NCBI RefSeq assembly: GCF_021028975.2
Contig: NC_059437.1
Location: 40,734,001-40,798,000 of the forward strand
Direction of reading: 5' to 3'
Source: Sphaerodactylus townsendi
Taxonomy: Eukaryota
Length of the DNA: 64,000 bases
The notes under the pieces were generated by a model. The model was not told the origin of the DNA and did not search any database. It saw only the letters and a list, made by a program, of their open reading frames with translations. Positions 12,230 through 24,307 of the stretch are shown here, in pieces. How positions within the stretch are numbered: the stretch's first letter is position 1; each line of letters begins with the position of its first letter. The position numbers and the translations under genes are program-made.

Positions 12230-12440
12230 ACCAGGGTGGCATAGTGGTTACAGTGTCAGAATCAGATTTGAGAGAACCAGGTCTGAGCTCCCATTCCAAC
12301 ATGATAGCTTGGAAGGCCTGGGGCCCATCAGACACTTTCAGCCTAACATAACTGTTGTTTTGAGGATAAAATGCAGGAGAGGAGAATGAAGTCTGCCTTG
12401 AGTCCCCATTGAGGAGGAAAGTGGGGTATAAATAAAACAA
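12230..12440 (+). mobile_element. Older MIR/CORE-like tRNA SINE
   Basis: GGCATAGTGGTTA head; TGAGGATAAAATG...GAAAGTGGGGTATAAATAAAA end. Confidence 0.65.
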
Positions 12441-12624
12441 TCAATAAACCAACTTGGGCCTTTTGGGTCTTAATTGTAATTACTACACCTCACTGCCCTT
12501 CTCTGCTGCAAATTAGTGTTGCAAATGGGGGGGAGGGGGAGAAGAAGGCTTGTCTAAAGTAATTTGATAAGTTCTATCTCCTTTCTTCACATGATTAATG
12601 CTTTTTAAAAACCTAACATGAGAC

Positions 12625-12918
12625 CCAGCGTGGTGTAGTGGTTAACAGCAGGTGGACTCTAATCTGGAGAACCGGGTTTGACTTCCCACTCCTCCACTTG
12701 AACATTAGAATCTTATCTGGTGGACCAGAGTTGTTTCCCCGCTCCTACATTCCTGCTGGGTGACCTTGGGTTAGTCACAGTTCTCTCAGAACTCTCTCAG
12801 TCCCACCGATCTCACAAGAGATCTATTAAGGGGCGAGGAAGGGAAAGGAGTTTCTAAGTCCCTTTAAGTCTCCTTACAGGAGAGAAAAGGAGGTTATAAA
12901 TCCAAGCTCTTCTTCTTC
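12625..12918 (+). mobile_element. tRNA-derived SINE (Squam3-like)
   Basis: GTGGTGTAGTGGTTAA head to ATAAATCCAAGCTCTTCTTCTTC tail. Confidence 0.88.
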
Positions 12919-15011
12919 ATGATCTTTGCTCCCTGGAGATTTAAAAAATAAAAATCAACCTGAGAAGATCTAAACGACTGAGACTTTTCTCATATGGAAA
13001 ACTCTTTGGCTTAGGGGAGAAAAAAAAATCAACCTAGCGCTGGGTCATTTCAACAGAGAAACCATTTCACTCTTTGGCAATGGCCAGGACTTCCTGTAGA
13101 GCATTCGAAGGGGCTAGCAGAGGCTGACCCCAACCACCTCTAACTCTGTTCCAGCCTCCTCTAGCTTCCTCTTCCCCCATTTTGTTCCTTCTGGGAGAAG
13201 GGGGGATTGATCGATTTTCTGACCTGCCCCTGCCAAGCAGACATGAATCAAAGAGATTCAAAGAGATGGTGGAAAGGTTAACCTGACCCTTCCTACCGGG
13301 CGGTGCACCCTTCCCCCCCACCCTGTTGCCCCTGCAAATGCTCAGGCATGTAATGGGCTTCTAATGAAGCCCAACTAGAACAGCGATCTGTTTGGTTTAA
13401 AATCACACCTCCCGGTGGTTTCCTTCTCTGCCTGGTTGGGGGATAGAAGAATATAGAGCATGTCTGTGGGGGGTGGGGCTGACACTGGGATCTCAGAATG
13501 ACAAAGAAAGGTGGGACCAACCCCATGCATGTTTACTAGTCAATTATTCTATTGGTTTTAAAGGAGAAAGAGGAATACTTCAGCCACTTTGAGACCCTAT
13601 TGGAGACAAGAGTGAGTTATAAGCAAAGTTAAAGAAACTATTTATTAGAGGGATTTATATACCACCTTTTCTATAAGAACATGCCCCAACTCACAACTCT
13701 GAACACAGCAAAAAAGAACACAGCAATGGAGGAAGGGCATTTCTCCCCCCCCCCCATGTGACTAAATGGTCACAGCCCAGGAACATTTGACCCATATGTT
13801 CCCCTGGGCAGAACGGCCTTGGGATGTCACTATCTAAAATGACTAAATATCTCACTTGTCCTTGACACTGGTAAAACCTCAAGCCATTCTCCTGTCTAAT
13901 CAACCCATAATTTTGTGGGAAGGAGGTCATCAGATAGAAGCAGCCGTCAAGGAAACCGGCCAGTTGAGATTATAAGAAAATAAACATCTCGCTTTGATGC
14001 CCTGCCATTTACAACACAGCCCCCAGCAATCCCCCTCCCTCCACAAGTGTAGAAGATGGGTAGAGAAAAGACAAGGCAAAAACCATTGGAGTTGAAGCCA
14101 AGAAACTGACACATGTCATATTGTGGCACGGCTCCTTTCAAATCACACAACTGCTAGTGGGAATTTAGGTGAGGGTTTTTGTGTGTTCAGTAAAGTGCCG
14201 ATTTTTCATGTGCCCAGTAACAGCTGGCACACACTTTACAATCAAAGGGGAGAGAGATGGGCATATATTTATTTTTGCTCTTTTTTTTGCTTTTGTTCCC
14301 AAGTACAAAGGAAGCCGTGCTTGAGGGATCTGATTTCTGAAGGGGGATCAAAGGTGCATGGATGGACCAAAGGCCTTCCAGCCATGTGCCAAGATCATCT
14401 GTGGTTAATTGCAGCCATGGGCCTCTTGTGTCTCTGAGCATATTGCATTTGTGTTTGAGGAGTGCACACCATTAGTTCTGCCATAGAACAAGCTAATGCT
14501 TAGTTCAGGTGTGAAATGGTAGTTTACAGCAGGGGGGATGTCGATTTGCAGTTCTGTGGCTCTGATCAACGTCAGAACATTAAGATAGTCAAATATCTTT
14601 ACTGCAGATTGCTACAAAATGCCTCTCCTTCAACCCCCCCCCCCCAACCCCATATCGAAAACAGCACATCAGGGACAATAACTGATCAGGTCTATGCAGA
14701 CTCTGAGCACACCTGAACCCTCTGATGCCAAGAGTTCTACATTTCTGTCAGCTGCTCCACTCCCAGGATATTACACAAACAGGCGCTATGAGGAATGAAC
14801 ACTTCATAAGCAGGTATTTCTGCCTCTGCATGCTACTAGCTTTGAAGGAGGATTATACAGAATGAGGTTTTATAGGCCATTTTTCTAAGGTCTGTCACAA
14901 TCCACCAATAAGTGCCCTTTCAGAAAGTGCTATCTCCATCATAGGAACATCCTAATTGTCCATGACTGGCCCCAGAGTCTACAATGGTCATTTTGTAGTA
15001 GTGCCCTCTTC

Positions 15012-15306
15012 CAGCAGTGGCGTAGTGGTTAAGAGCAGGTGTACTCTAATGTGGAGGAACCAGGTTTGATTCCCCACTCTGCTGCTTGAGCTGTGGAGGC
15101 TTATCTGGGGAATTCAGATTAGCCTGTACACTCCAACACAAGCCAGCTGGGTGACTTTGGGATAGTCACAGCTCTACAGAGCTCTCTCAGCCCCACCTAC
15201 CTCATAGGGTGTTTGTTGTGAGGGGAGAAGGGAAAGGAATTTGTAAGACCCTTTGAGTCTCCTACAGGAGAGAAAGGGGGGATATAAATTCAACTCTTCT
15301 TCTTTC
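15012..15306 (+). mobile_element. tRNA-derived SINE (Squam3-like), full length
   Basis: A/B boxes, core, (TTC)n tail. Confidence 0.9.
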
Positions 15307-15519
15307 CTTAAAATTCTGAAAATGTCTCCAAACTCAACAGGCTTGGAAACTCCTGTTCTGGTCTCACATCATTTTTCTCCCAGTGGCCAGTCAAATATTT
15401 CAGAGGCTCCCAGTCATAAGCGTAGAAGCCAAAGCCTTGTGCTTTTCAGTAATTCATAGCCTGTGGTTGACTCTCTCCCAGGCCCATCCAGATATCCTCA
15501 CCGCAAAAATCACACATCC

Positions 15520-15632
15520 AGTCAAAGGGTTCAAAGCCAGGGATTAGGCAGAGGAGGTTTGTCCTTGCTTGCCTCTACAAAGCTTTCCTTGGTGGTCTCC
15601 CATCCAATGACCAGCCCTGCTCAAATTCCAAG
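15520..15632 (-). mobile_element. 5S rRNA-derived SINE fragment
   Basis: TTCCTTGGTGGTCTCCCATCCAATGACCAG is the reverse of the 5S box-C region. Confidence 0.6.
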
Positions 15633-15803
15633 ATCTATATTGTCTATATTAAGATCTATATTGGAAAGGGGACTATATTGTTCTATTCCACACCCTACAG
15701 CCAGAGAGGAGAGGAGTTCTCATTCCACCAACACATTTGCTAGGCTGCACACCTGATCAGATATTGCCTACATCCCTTGAAATTTTAAGCACAATGCAAT
15801 GGA

Positions 15804-15942
15804 GGCCACTTCCACACATGCAGAATAATGCACTTTCAATCCACTTTCACAATTGTTTCAAAGTGGATTTTGCTGTTCGCACAGTAAAATCCAGCTGCAA
15901 AGTGCACTGAAAGTGCATTATTCTGCATGTGCGGAAAGGGCC
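15804..15942. mobile_element. Harbinger-type palindromic MITE
   Basis: TSD GGA. Confidence 0.88.
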
Positions 15943-16248
15943 GGAGTGAGTCCACAGGTGCAGCTTGGCCACCGCTTGAACCCCGAAGTTGCAGTCGGAC
16001 TTTATTCTTGGTGAAACAGCACACTAGAAGAAAGGATGCCATTTCCCCCTTTCTCCCTTTGGCAGGCTGCCTGCTCCAAATGCTTCTGTCTCCCAGCTGC
16101 AACTCGGCTAGTTCTAAATTCAGTGCAGGCTCGGAGGAGGCTGTGTTGAGACCATCTGGGGACCCCATTTTCAGGTCGGGTTCGAGCTTGGGCAACCCCT
16201 CTCCCGGAGGGGCTTCTCTTTAAAAATGCAGAAACAACCAAGAATCTT

Positions 16249-16347
16249 CAGATCCTCTGAAGATGCCAGCCACAGATGCAGGCAAAACGTCAGGAGAAAA
16301 TGCAACTAGAACATGGCCATACAGCCCAGAAAACCCACAACACCAAG
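16249..16347 (+). mobile_element. Penelope-like element terminal fragment with mutated hammerhead motif
   Basis: GATCCTCTGAAGATGCCAGCCACAGATGCAGGCAAAACGTCAGGA...CCCACAACACC; same as 26252. Confidence 0.8.
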
Positions 16348-16440
16348 AATCTATTTATTCCAGCTCTTAATATACTCAAGGGTGCCTGGTTTGTGTAGCT
16401 CCCAGGGAGGTTCTGGGTGGATTGTAGAGATCTTCTGGGC

Positions 16441-16630
16441 CAGGGGTCTGCAACCTGCAGCTCTCCAGATGTTAATGGACTACAATTCCCATCAGCCCCT
16501 GCCCCTGGGTATATAATATAGGGCAAGAGTCAACTACAGTGAAATACATTCCCAATTGGCCATGCTGGCAGGGGCTGATGGGATTTGTAGTCCATGAACA
16601 TTTGGAGAGCCGCAGGTTGCAGACCCCCTG
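16441..16630. mobile_element. hAT-type palindromic MITE with ~45 bp foreign filler near the centre
   Basis: CAGGGGTCTGCAACCTGC...GCAGGTTGCAGACCCCCTG. Confidence 0.88.
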
Positions 16631-16679
16631 GCGCTCGCAGACATGTCACTGGAGTGGGTGGGGGTCTCTTGTCCTCTTG

Positions 16680-17260
16680 TAAATTTCAGATAAAGGGCTA
16701 GCTGCTAAGGGGCCGAGTAGAAGGGAGCAATTAATCCGCCGCGAAATCGGTCGAAACGAAAACATTAGCTAAGTGCTGGTGATCGGCAGCCGGCAGGAGC
16801 AAGCGAGGCTCCGCTCCGAGAGGTCTGCGGAGACCGCCGCTCCTTTGTGGGCGTCAAACACACGGAGACGTTTTCAGCGCGGATTGCGAAGAAAGAGTTT
16901 AACAAGAGATTTCAGTAACCAAACAAAACAACCACGTCGCGGTTGAAATCAGTCCAAAGGAAACAGTTAGAGAAGTCCAGCCAAGGCAAGGGGAAGAGGG
17001 GAAAATAGAAGAAAGGCCATTGATGGGGTGGGGTGGGGTGGGGTGGGGGGTTAAAGAAGAAAATTACGACGTGGGGAGGCACATTCCGATACAAAAGAAT
17101 GGGACCGAATGGGTTTGAGGACCAGGAATATTGACTCCCAAGGGTAGCAAGTAAAGTCAGGGCCGTTTCAAGAGAGTTTATCGCCCTTGTCTCCGAACTG
17201 GGACCGTAGGATAGGTTTATCTGCTGCTGTTTTGCTCTCTTCTGAATCTGACCGTTCGAA
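16680..17260. promoter_or_regulatory. CpG-rich putative regulatory element
   Basis: Dense CpG, AGATAA, CAATTAATCC, CCTTTGT (Sox), (GGGGT)4 G4-like tract near 17025. Confidence 0.4.
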
Positions 17261-17829
17261 AGAAATTAGATTTTAACTTTCCGTCTTCCAAACCCAGCAG
17301 ATAAGGAAGGGCAAAGGGTGAAAAGAGCAACATGACCCCCAACTGGGGGCTTGATGCACTATTTTATTTTTATTTGGAGGGGGGGAACATAATTGAACCG
17401 CTGGCCCTCCATGTTGGGTTCTAGAAGAAGAGAAGAGTTTGGATTTATACCCCGCTTTGCTCAACCGTATGGAGGCTTTAGACTGCAGGTGGCAGAAGCC
17501 GTTTTCGAACACCTCTTCGCTTTGGAAAATCTCCCCGCAGGGAAACAGCTAGCGCATTAGGGAGACTCCAGCCCAGCCTATTCCCTGCAGGGAAGTTTTC
17601 TAACTGCAGGGATTATAACTGTCGCAATTGTAGACCAGAAGGTTGGCATGACGGAGAAAAAGAAGTGGGTTTAGCGCTGTTAGGGAGTCATTCACAACTT
17701 TTTGCAGCTTAACCTTTATTTTCCCCAGGTGCTGTGATTGTGACAGTTACACGACAGGGTCCCCCGCCCCCTCATATTTAGCTATCCGGATTCAGAATCC
17801 ATTTAGTAAATTATCTGATCTTTATTTAA

Positions 17830-18222
17830 GAGCCAGTGAGGTGTAGTGGCTAAGGCTACTTCCGCACATGCAGAATAATGCACTTTCAACCCACTTTCAC
17901 CATTGTTTGCAAGTGGATTTTGCTATTCCGCACAGTAAAATCCAGCTGCAAAGTGCACTGAAAGTGGGTTGAAAGTGCATTATTCAGCACGTGTGGAAGG
18001 GACCTAAGAGTAAGGCTGTTGGACTGGTACATGGAAGACCTGAGTTTGAATCCCTACTGGTGCCATAAAAGCTCACTGGATGACTTTGGGCCCGTCACAT
18101 GCCCTCAGCCTAATCTACCTCACAGGGCTGTTGTGAGAAGAAAATGGTGGAGAGGAAAATAGTATAAGCCTCTTTGAGTCCCCATTAAGGGAGAAAAGTG
18201 GGATCTAAACAAACAAAATAAG
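17830..18222 (+). mobile_element. tRNA-derived SINE interrupted by a Harbinger MITE
   Basis: GTGTAGTGGCTAA|MITE|TAAGAGT...GAGTTTGAATCCC...(AAAC)n tail. Confidence 0.8.
17854..18004. mobile_element. Harbinger-type palindromic MITE
   Basis: TSD TAA, inserted at the SINE A-box. Confidence 0.9.
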
Positions 18223-18264
18223 CAAAGAGACCTCACATGCATTCTTGCCCAGATCCGTCTAGTT

Positions 18265-18355
18265 CAGGGGTCTGCACCCTGTGGCTCTCCAGATGTTCAT
18301 GGACTACAAATCCCATCAGCTGAACATCTGGAGAGCCGCAGGTTGCAGACCCCTG
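18265..18355. mobile_element. hAT MITE with deleted centre
   Basis: CAGGGGTCTGCA...TGCAGACCCCTG; perfect 8-bp TSD GTCTAGTT. Confidence 0.92.
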
Positions 18356-19043
18356 GTCTAGTTTCCTAGAGGGCTTAACTGTACTCTGTTGCGCCCTTTG
18401 ATGAGAACTTAACCCGGCCGCTGCAACTTGCCCGGATCAGGTTGCAGTAACAGCCTGCAGAGGACGGCCGAGTTTGAGCCCCCTCCCCGCCCACTTCAAA
18501 AAAAATCAACCACCAGCCAAATTTCCCTACACACACGTAATCCCAAAGTTCTGGTCATGTATGCGGGCATTCAAGTATTTATGGCTTAATAAAAATCATA
18601 CAACAATCCCCACAGGCGACATTATTTTCTTTTCCAAACCGAGTTCATAGAACAAGTTCTGCTTTCAATCTGGGTACAAAAGAGAAGGTTTTCTATCCGT
18701 TTTATTTTGGCACAAGAATTCAAGGTCAAGGAAAAGGTTATGGGGAATTCGGGGGGAGGGGATACACTCCCCCCAAAGATGCACTGGGGCTGTGGGGGAT
18801 TTGGACATAAATAATCAAGTCATTCCTGCTACAACTGTTCCCTTCTAACTGGAAAATCTTACACGGGTTAAAGTCCTCCTGGTGAAGCACTAAAGCGAGG
18901 GGGTTGGAAACTAATCCCCTCCTTTTCATGTTGCAAAAGGCCTCCATTCCAGTTGCTTGGGCCAAACAGTTTCTGATCCAGGAACAATTTATTTTCTCCT
19001 GGGCCTCGTTCCTTTGCAGTATTCTCTTAGAGCTAACATGGTC

Positions 19044-19336
19044 GAAGAAGAAGGGCAGGAGCAGGAGTTTGGATTTATATCCCCCTTTCTCTCCTGTAAG
19101 GAGACTCAAATCTCCTTTCCCTTCCCTCCTCACAACAAATACCCTGTGAGGTAGGTGGGGCTGAGAGAGCGCCGAAGAACTGTGACTAGCCCAAGGTCAC
19201 CCAGCTGGCCTGTGTTGGGAGCGCACAAGCTAATCAAGTTCACTAGATAAGCCTCCACAGCTCAAGTGGCAGAGCGGGGGAATCAAACCCTGTTCTCCAG
19301 ATTAGTGTGCACCTGCTCTTCACCACTGCACCAGGC
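19044..19336 (-). mobile_element. tRNA-derived SINE (Squam3-like)
   Basis: Reverse complement of the 15012 family. Confidence 0.9.
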
Positions 19337-19374
19337 TGATGTGACTAGAATTGTCTGCTACCAGCACATGGAAA

Positions 19375-19580
19375 CATGAAACTGCCTTCTGCTAAATCAG
19401 ACCCTTGGTTCACCACAATCAGTACTGTCTACTCGGACTGGCAGGGCTCTGAAAGATGTCAGGCCAACGTCCTTCTCATCACCCACTGCCTGGCCCTGTG
19501 AACTGGATCTGCCCAGGATCGAACCTGGCTGGGACCTTCTGTATGCCAAGCAGATGGCCTCCCCCTGAGCCGCTGCCCCT
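19375..19580 (-). mobile_element. tRNA(Ala)-like-headed SINE with CR1-like tail
   Basis: Reverse strand GGGGCAGCGGCTCAG...GGCATACAGAAGGTCCCAG..GGTTCGATCC. Confidence 0.6.
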
Positions 19581-19643
19581 GATGGGCCTCTGAGGAATGA
19601 ATCCAATCGACTGTTTCAGTGATGGAAAAGGGAGATATAAGTA

Positions 19644-19875
19644 CCGTGTTTCCCCGAAAATAAGACATTGTCTTATATTAATTTTTGCTCCCAAAGATGC
19701 GCTATGTCTTATTTTCAGGGGATGTCTTATTTTTCTGTGTTCTGTTTGTCAGGCATGCTTCCAAACAAAAACTTTGCTACGTCTTACTTTCGGGGGATGC
19801 CTTATATTTCGCACTTCAGCAAAACCTCTACTACGTCTTATTTTCAGGGGATGTCTTATATTCGGGAAAATAGGG
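19644..19875. mobile_element. Tc1/mariner (Tc2/pogo-type) MITE
   Basis: TIR CCGTGTTTCCCCGAAAATAAGACA / TGTCTTATATTCGGGAAAATAGGG, TA flanks, internal GTCTTATTTTCAGGGGATG repeats. Confidence 0.88.
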
Positions 19876-20290
19876 TATTCCCACTGGACACCCGAAAGTC
19901 CATCCTGGGGATCCGGCGACTTGTATGAACAGAAGAGGCCGCGTGGGAGGAGTGGTGTGCTGTGTGTAAAGTGCAGTCTAGTCGCTGCCCACTTATGACG
20001 CCCGCTTATGAGGCAATTGACTATCAGAGGTGGTTTGCCCTTTCCTGACTCTGAATGAGGACCCTGGCATCCCTTGGCGGCCTCCCACTCAAATACTAAG
20101 TAGGGCTGCCTGGTTCTGCTTCCCAGCCCAGAAGGAGATAGCCCTGTTCTCCAGATTACTAGTGTACTAGTAATAAGTACTACTTAGTGTACTAAGTGTA
20201 CTAAGGAGGAGGATTGGGCAGCGGGCATAATGGGGAGAGACGTGGCTGAATCCAAGCAGGTGAGGTTTCCTCCCAAGAATATTGTTAAGT

Positions 20291-20600
20291 ATTGTCGAAG
20301 GCTTTCACGGCCAGGTTCAACTGGTTCTGGTGGGTTTTCTGGGCTGTGTGGCCGTGGTCTGGTGGATCTTGTTCCTAACGTTTCGCCTGCAACAATACCT
20401 CTACGGGGAGGAAGTGTTCCAACAGACCCAGAAAACACTCCACGTCAAGAAAGTACACCTGCTAGGCTCTTTATCCTTTCTTCTACAGACTTTTCTCTGT
20501 GATACACCTCTGAAGATGCCAGCCACAGATGCAGGCGAAATGTTAGGAACAAGATCCACCAGACGATGGCCACACAGCCTGGAAAACCCACCTGAACCAA
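20291..20600. mobile_element. Penelope-like insertion: two inverted terminal segments around ~115 bp filler
   Basis: 20291-20390 is largely the reverse complement of 20530-20600; hammerhead motif at 20507-20548. Confidence 0.8.
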
Positions 20601-20937
20601 TTGTTAAATATTGTTTATCCCGTCCTTCTTCCAGGGAGCTCAAAGTTGCTCACCTAATTCCCCCTTCCTTTGTTTTATCTTCACAGCAACCTTTTGAGGT
20701 GGGCTTGGCCTAGAGAAGAGTGACTGCGCTAAGACTCAGAGAACTTCACTTTCGATGGGAAATTGGAACCCGTTTCTCCGGCGTCCATCAGCTGAAATCC
20801 AGCTGCAAAATCCAGCAACATCATCAACTCTATGGTTAATACGATGGTGATGAAGTAATAATAGTGGCCCTGACTTGCATCTGTGTGGGGATGAAGAGAA
20901 TCAGCCGGAAAATCAACATCAACTTTCCTAAGAAAGG

Positions 20938-21162
20938 GCTGGTGTGGTATAGCAGTTAAGAGCGGCTGACTTTAATCTGAAGGCTCTGAGTTCGATTCCC
21001 CACTCCTCCACATGAATCCTGATGGGTGACCTTGGGCAAGTGACAGTTCTCTTAGAACTCTCTCAGCCCATGTAGAGGCAGGCAAAAGGCAAACACCTCC
21101 GAACCACTCTTGCCTTGGAAATCCCAAGGGGTCGTCCTAAATCAGCTGTGACTTGATGGCAC
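20938..21162 (+). mobile_element. tRNA-headed SINE with Sauria-type tail
   Basis: GTGGTATAGCAGTTAAG, GAGTTCGATTCCC, GGCAAACACCTC...TGACTTGATGGCAC. Confidence 0.7.
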
Positions 21163-21869
21163 AAATGTGTGCCTATAGAATATTTGACAAGAGGTAATCG
21201 ATTGCTCACATTTTAGACAGAAGAGGTCTGGAAATTGCGACTGGTGGCTGTGGAAGTCCCCTGAAATTTGTGGTGAAATTAATTTTTAAAAGGGAGCGAA
21301 TAGGGGGGCAGGGTTTGCGGGACTTACTTCTGAGTAAACCTGACTTACACCCGACTTCTTCTGAGGAGCCTGAAGGCGGCTTTCAAAGTTCACCCCTCTT
21401 TAGTTTGATACAGTGAGATAGGTTAGACACCGGCCAGCCCAAAGATACCTGTGCTTCACACATAAACCTAAAGACACGGAAAATACACTGTAGCGGGAGG
21501 GTCGTCAGAACATAATCCAAGTGTGTGTGGTGTGATTAAAACTTTGTATCTGACCTGTGTTTGAGTGAACCCTTTTCTGTTTTCAATATTCAATTGCCTC
21601 CTAAATCCTTTGTCCAGGAGCTTGGTAGAATTTAGAACAGCGGTCCTTCCCAGGTGAGTACTACTGTACTCAACAGAGTTTACTCAAAAGTAAATAAGCC
21701 TCGGGCTGGCAGCAGAGCTACACAAGCTTCCATTTACTCCCCGCCTCTCGAGGTTTGGATTCAGCCTACAGCCTGCTTTCTCAGGTTCAGTTCTATGAGC
21801 TTTCTCGAGAGTGAATCCCATTGAATAACTGGATCTTTTCTCGCCATAAACGTGACCGGGATCGGTTTG

Positions 21870-22920
21870 CACGGGGGTGAAAACCCAGACCGCGCCTCTG
21901 GCTCCTCCTGTGCAGGCTTACTCCAAGTAAGTTCTGTTGAATTCAGCGGAACTTACTCCAAAGTAAACGTGTTAAGGATCCTAGAGCTGAAATGACATCC
22001 GATCTAGTTGCCAGGGCGTAAGCTGAGCGAGGTGTTTTTGCACTTCCCTGAGAAAATGAAAATATCATCATAGTATCCAGAGCACATCTTAAGTACTGGG
22101 ATCCCGATTTGCCTGCACCTTCTCTCGCGCAACCCCCGTTAGGATAAAGGATTGCGCCCCATACTTTCGGCTCGGCTAACATTCAGTTCAATACAGCTTG
22201 CATTTGGTTGACTTCTAGGTGGATTGGGCCCAAAGCTAGAAGGTCTCTGGCTGAAAGTTTACCCTCCGCCCCCTTCCTCACTTGTTCTTGCGAACTCTCT
22301 TAACTGCGCTCAGTTTTAAGAGGATCTTTCTCCTTTTTAACGATTGTGCCGCACAGAGTGTTTGTGGGGCGCGTTTAGAGAAGGGAATCCAAATCTCAGC
22401 CACTCTGATTTTTTCCTTCAGTGAAATTTCATCTTTGAAGGATCTTTGTCGCGTTTTCTTGTCTGTGGCTACCTGTGTGCACCAGAATTTACACAATTCA
22501 GGCAGTGCAAATGTGCCCCCCAATACTGATTAAATTATAAAACCAGAATCCTTGTTTTTATTCACACATACACACCCCTTCGATCCCTTTCCAATAACTC
22601 TCGACTGAGTTGCGTCACATCGCGGATTTACTTCCGCGTAAACTGAAAGCGCATCGTGCCGCACATAATTTAGCGCTATGATCTGATGCATATTTACGTG
22701 CGACTAAGCGGGACTTCTTTGCGCGCCCTGAGACTGACTTGGGAGTGAAGGTGCTTAAAGTCGCCGCGTCCGGACCAGAGAACTTTATTGCTTCCCTCCA
22801 ACATGTCGCTCAGATGTTTCCCAGTTTCTGTCAAACCGCAAACTAGATGGAGGCCGGCAAGAAGCAAATAAAGCCATAAATAAATATTTAAAACAATAAA
22901 TTACAAAATGGCTTTCCAGA
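21870..22920. promoter_or_regulatory. CpG-rich putative promoter/enhancer block
   Basis: CpG-dense 22590-22810 with TTGCGTCA (CRE/ATF-like), ACTTCCG (ETS), ATGCATAT; also GCCATAAA and AAAATGGC. Confidence 0.4.
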
Positions 22921-24307
22921 AAAAGGGGCGGGGGAGCAGCATCCAGCCAAAGTTAAACATTACTCGGATGCACTGATTTTAAGGAGGCAGAAAGGTAGCT
23001 CGGTCCTTAATTATTCTCTGCTCTAGAGGAAATGTACTGCCAGCAGATTGTATTTGGTCGAACGGAGGCCCATTGAATTTAATGGAACTACCATTGAATT
23101 TAAGGGGACTTCTAGTTAAGCGAACATAGGATTAGCTCCTCAAATGTGATTAGCTTTGTCTGGAATACCTGTTACGAGGAGGGTTTTTTTTTTAGCGGGG
23201 AGGGGAGAATACAAGGTGAAGGAAAGGAACTTCCTCCTCAATTTATTATATTCTCAGATGTGGTTTGCTAGGTACCCCTAATGAGTTCAAGAGGACTTAT
23301 TCCAAAGCATTGCAGCAAAGCGCAGTGGCAAGCAGCAAACTCTGTGGCGCAAGCCCCTTGGAAGTGAAAGGTAAAGGTAAGAAAACTGGTTCTGTTCTTC
23401 CCACAAGATGCAGTGGACGGCCAAGAGTCACCCTTGTTGCTGCACCCTTATGTGGGGGATCTAAGAATATGGGTCAAAATATGGTTGCAAAACATTGTTA
23501 TCATTTTTAGGCCTCCATCCAAAATATTGTCCCAGAATATAAACCCCACGGAAGTCAGGTCACCCTCATTCGAAGTGATTCCCCACAAAACAGAAGAGAA
23601 GAAAATCAGGATCCGTTACTGGTGACACCGATCCTTCTACACACCCCTATATTCTATAGACTTATCTTTCAGAGGACCGAGGCTACACTGGCTGAGGGTA
23701 TACTGGGGTACTTGATTTTATGCCTGGCTCTTTGGAGTCGCTACTGAATTCTCCCTTCCCTCCTCCAGCACACAACTGTCCCTTTCTCTGATTTTCTGTC
23801 CCTACAGACTGATCTAAAACTGTGAAAAGCAGTTGGAGTTGCTTGTTAAAAATTATTTAGTTAAACTGTTGCTTTGTCAATGTTTTGCATATTTTTTCCA
23901 GCATCTATGCACAGAAAACTATAACTTCAAAAATCAAAGCACACTGTCCTTGTTTTACTCTGCATTCAGAATTTTCTCTAAAAAAAATACCACCATGGTT
24001 TCCCGCTATTTATGTAGAGATTTTTTTTTCATTTAGGGCATTACATTGTGATACATTTCCTGCATTCCTGTGCTATTGGTATTTATTTATTTAAAACATT
24101 TACATGCTTCATTTCCACCCAAAGAGGGTCCCCAGTCTAAGATGTGGTTCTTGCACTTCAGACTTTAAAACTTCCTTTTGGATGAGCTGGTGGAGTGATG
24201 GCCATTTTAAAATCCACCAAGATAATTGTTGACGGGGGCAGGGGCGGGGGGAGGGAGCGGAGTTCTAGAGCTGATTCTCACTTACCTATCATAGAAGAAT
24301 GATAAAA

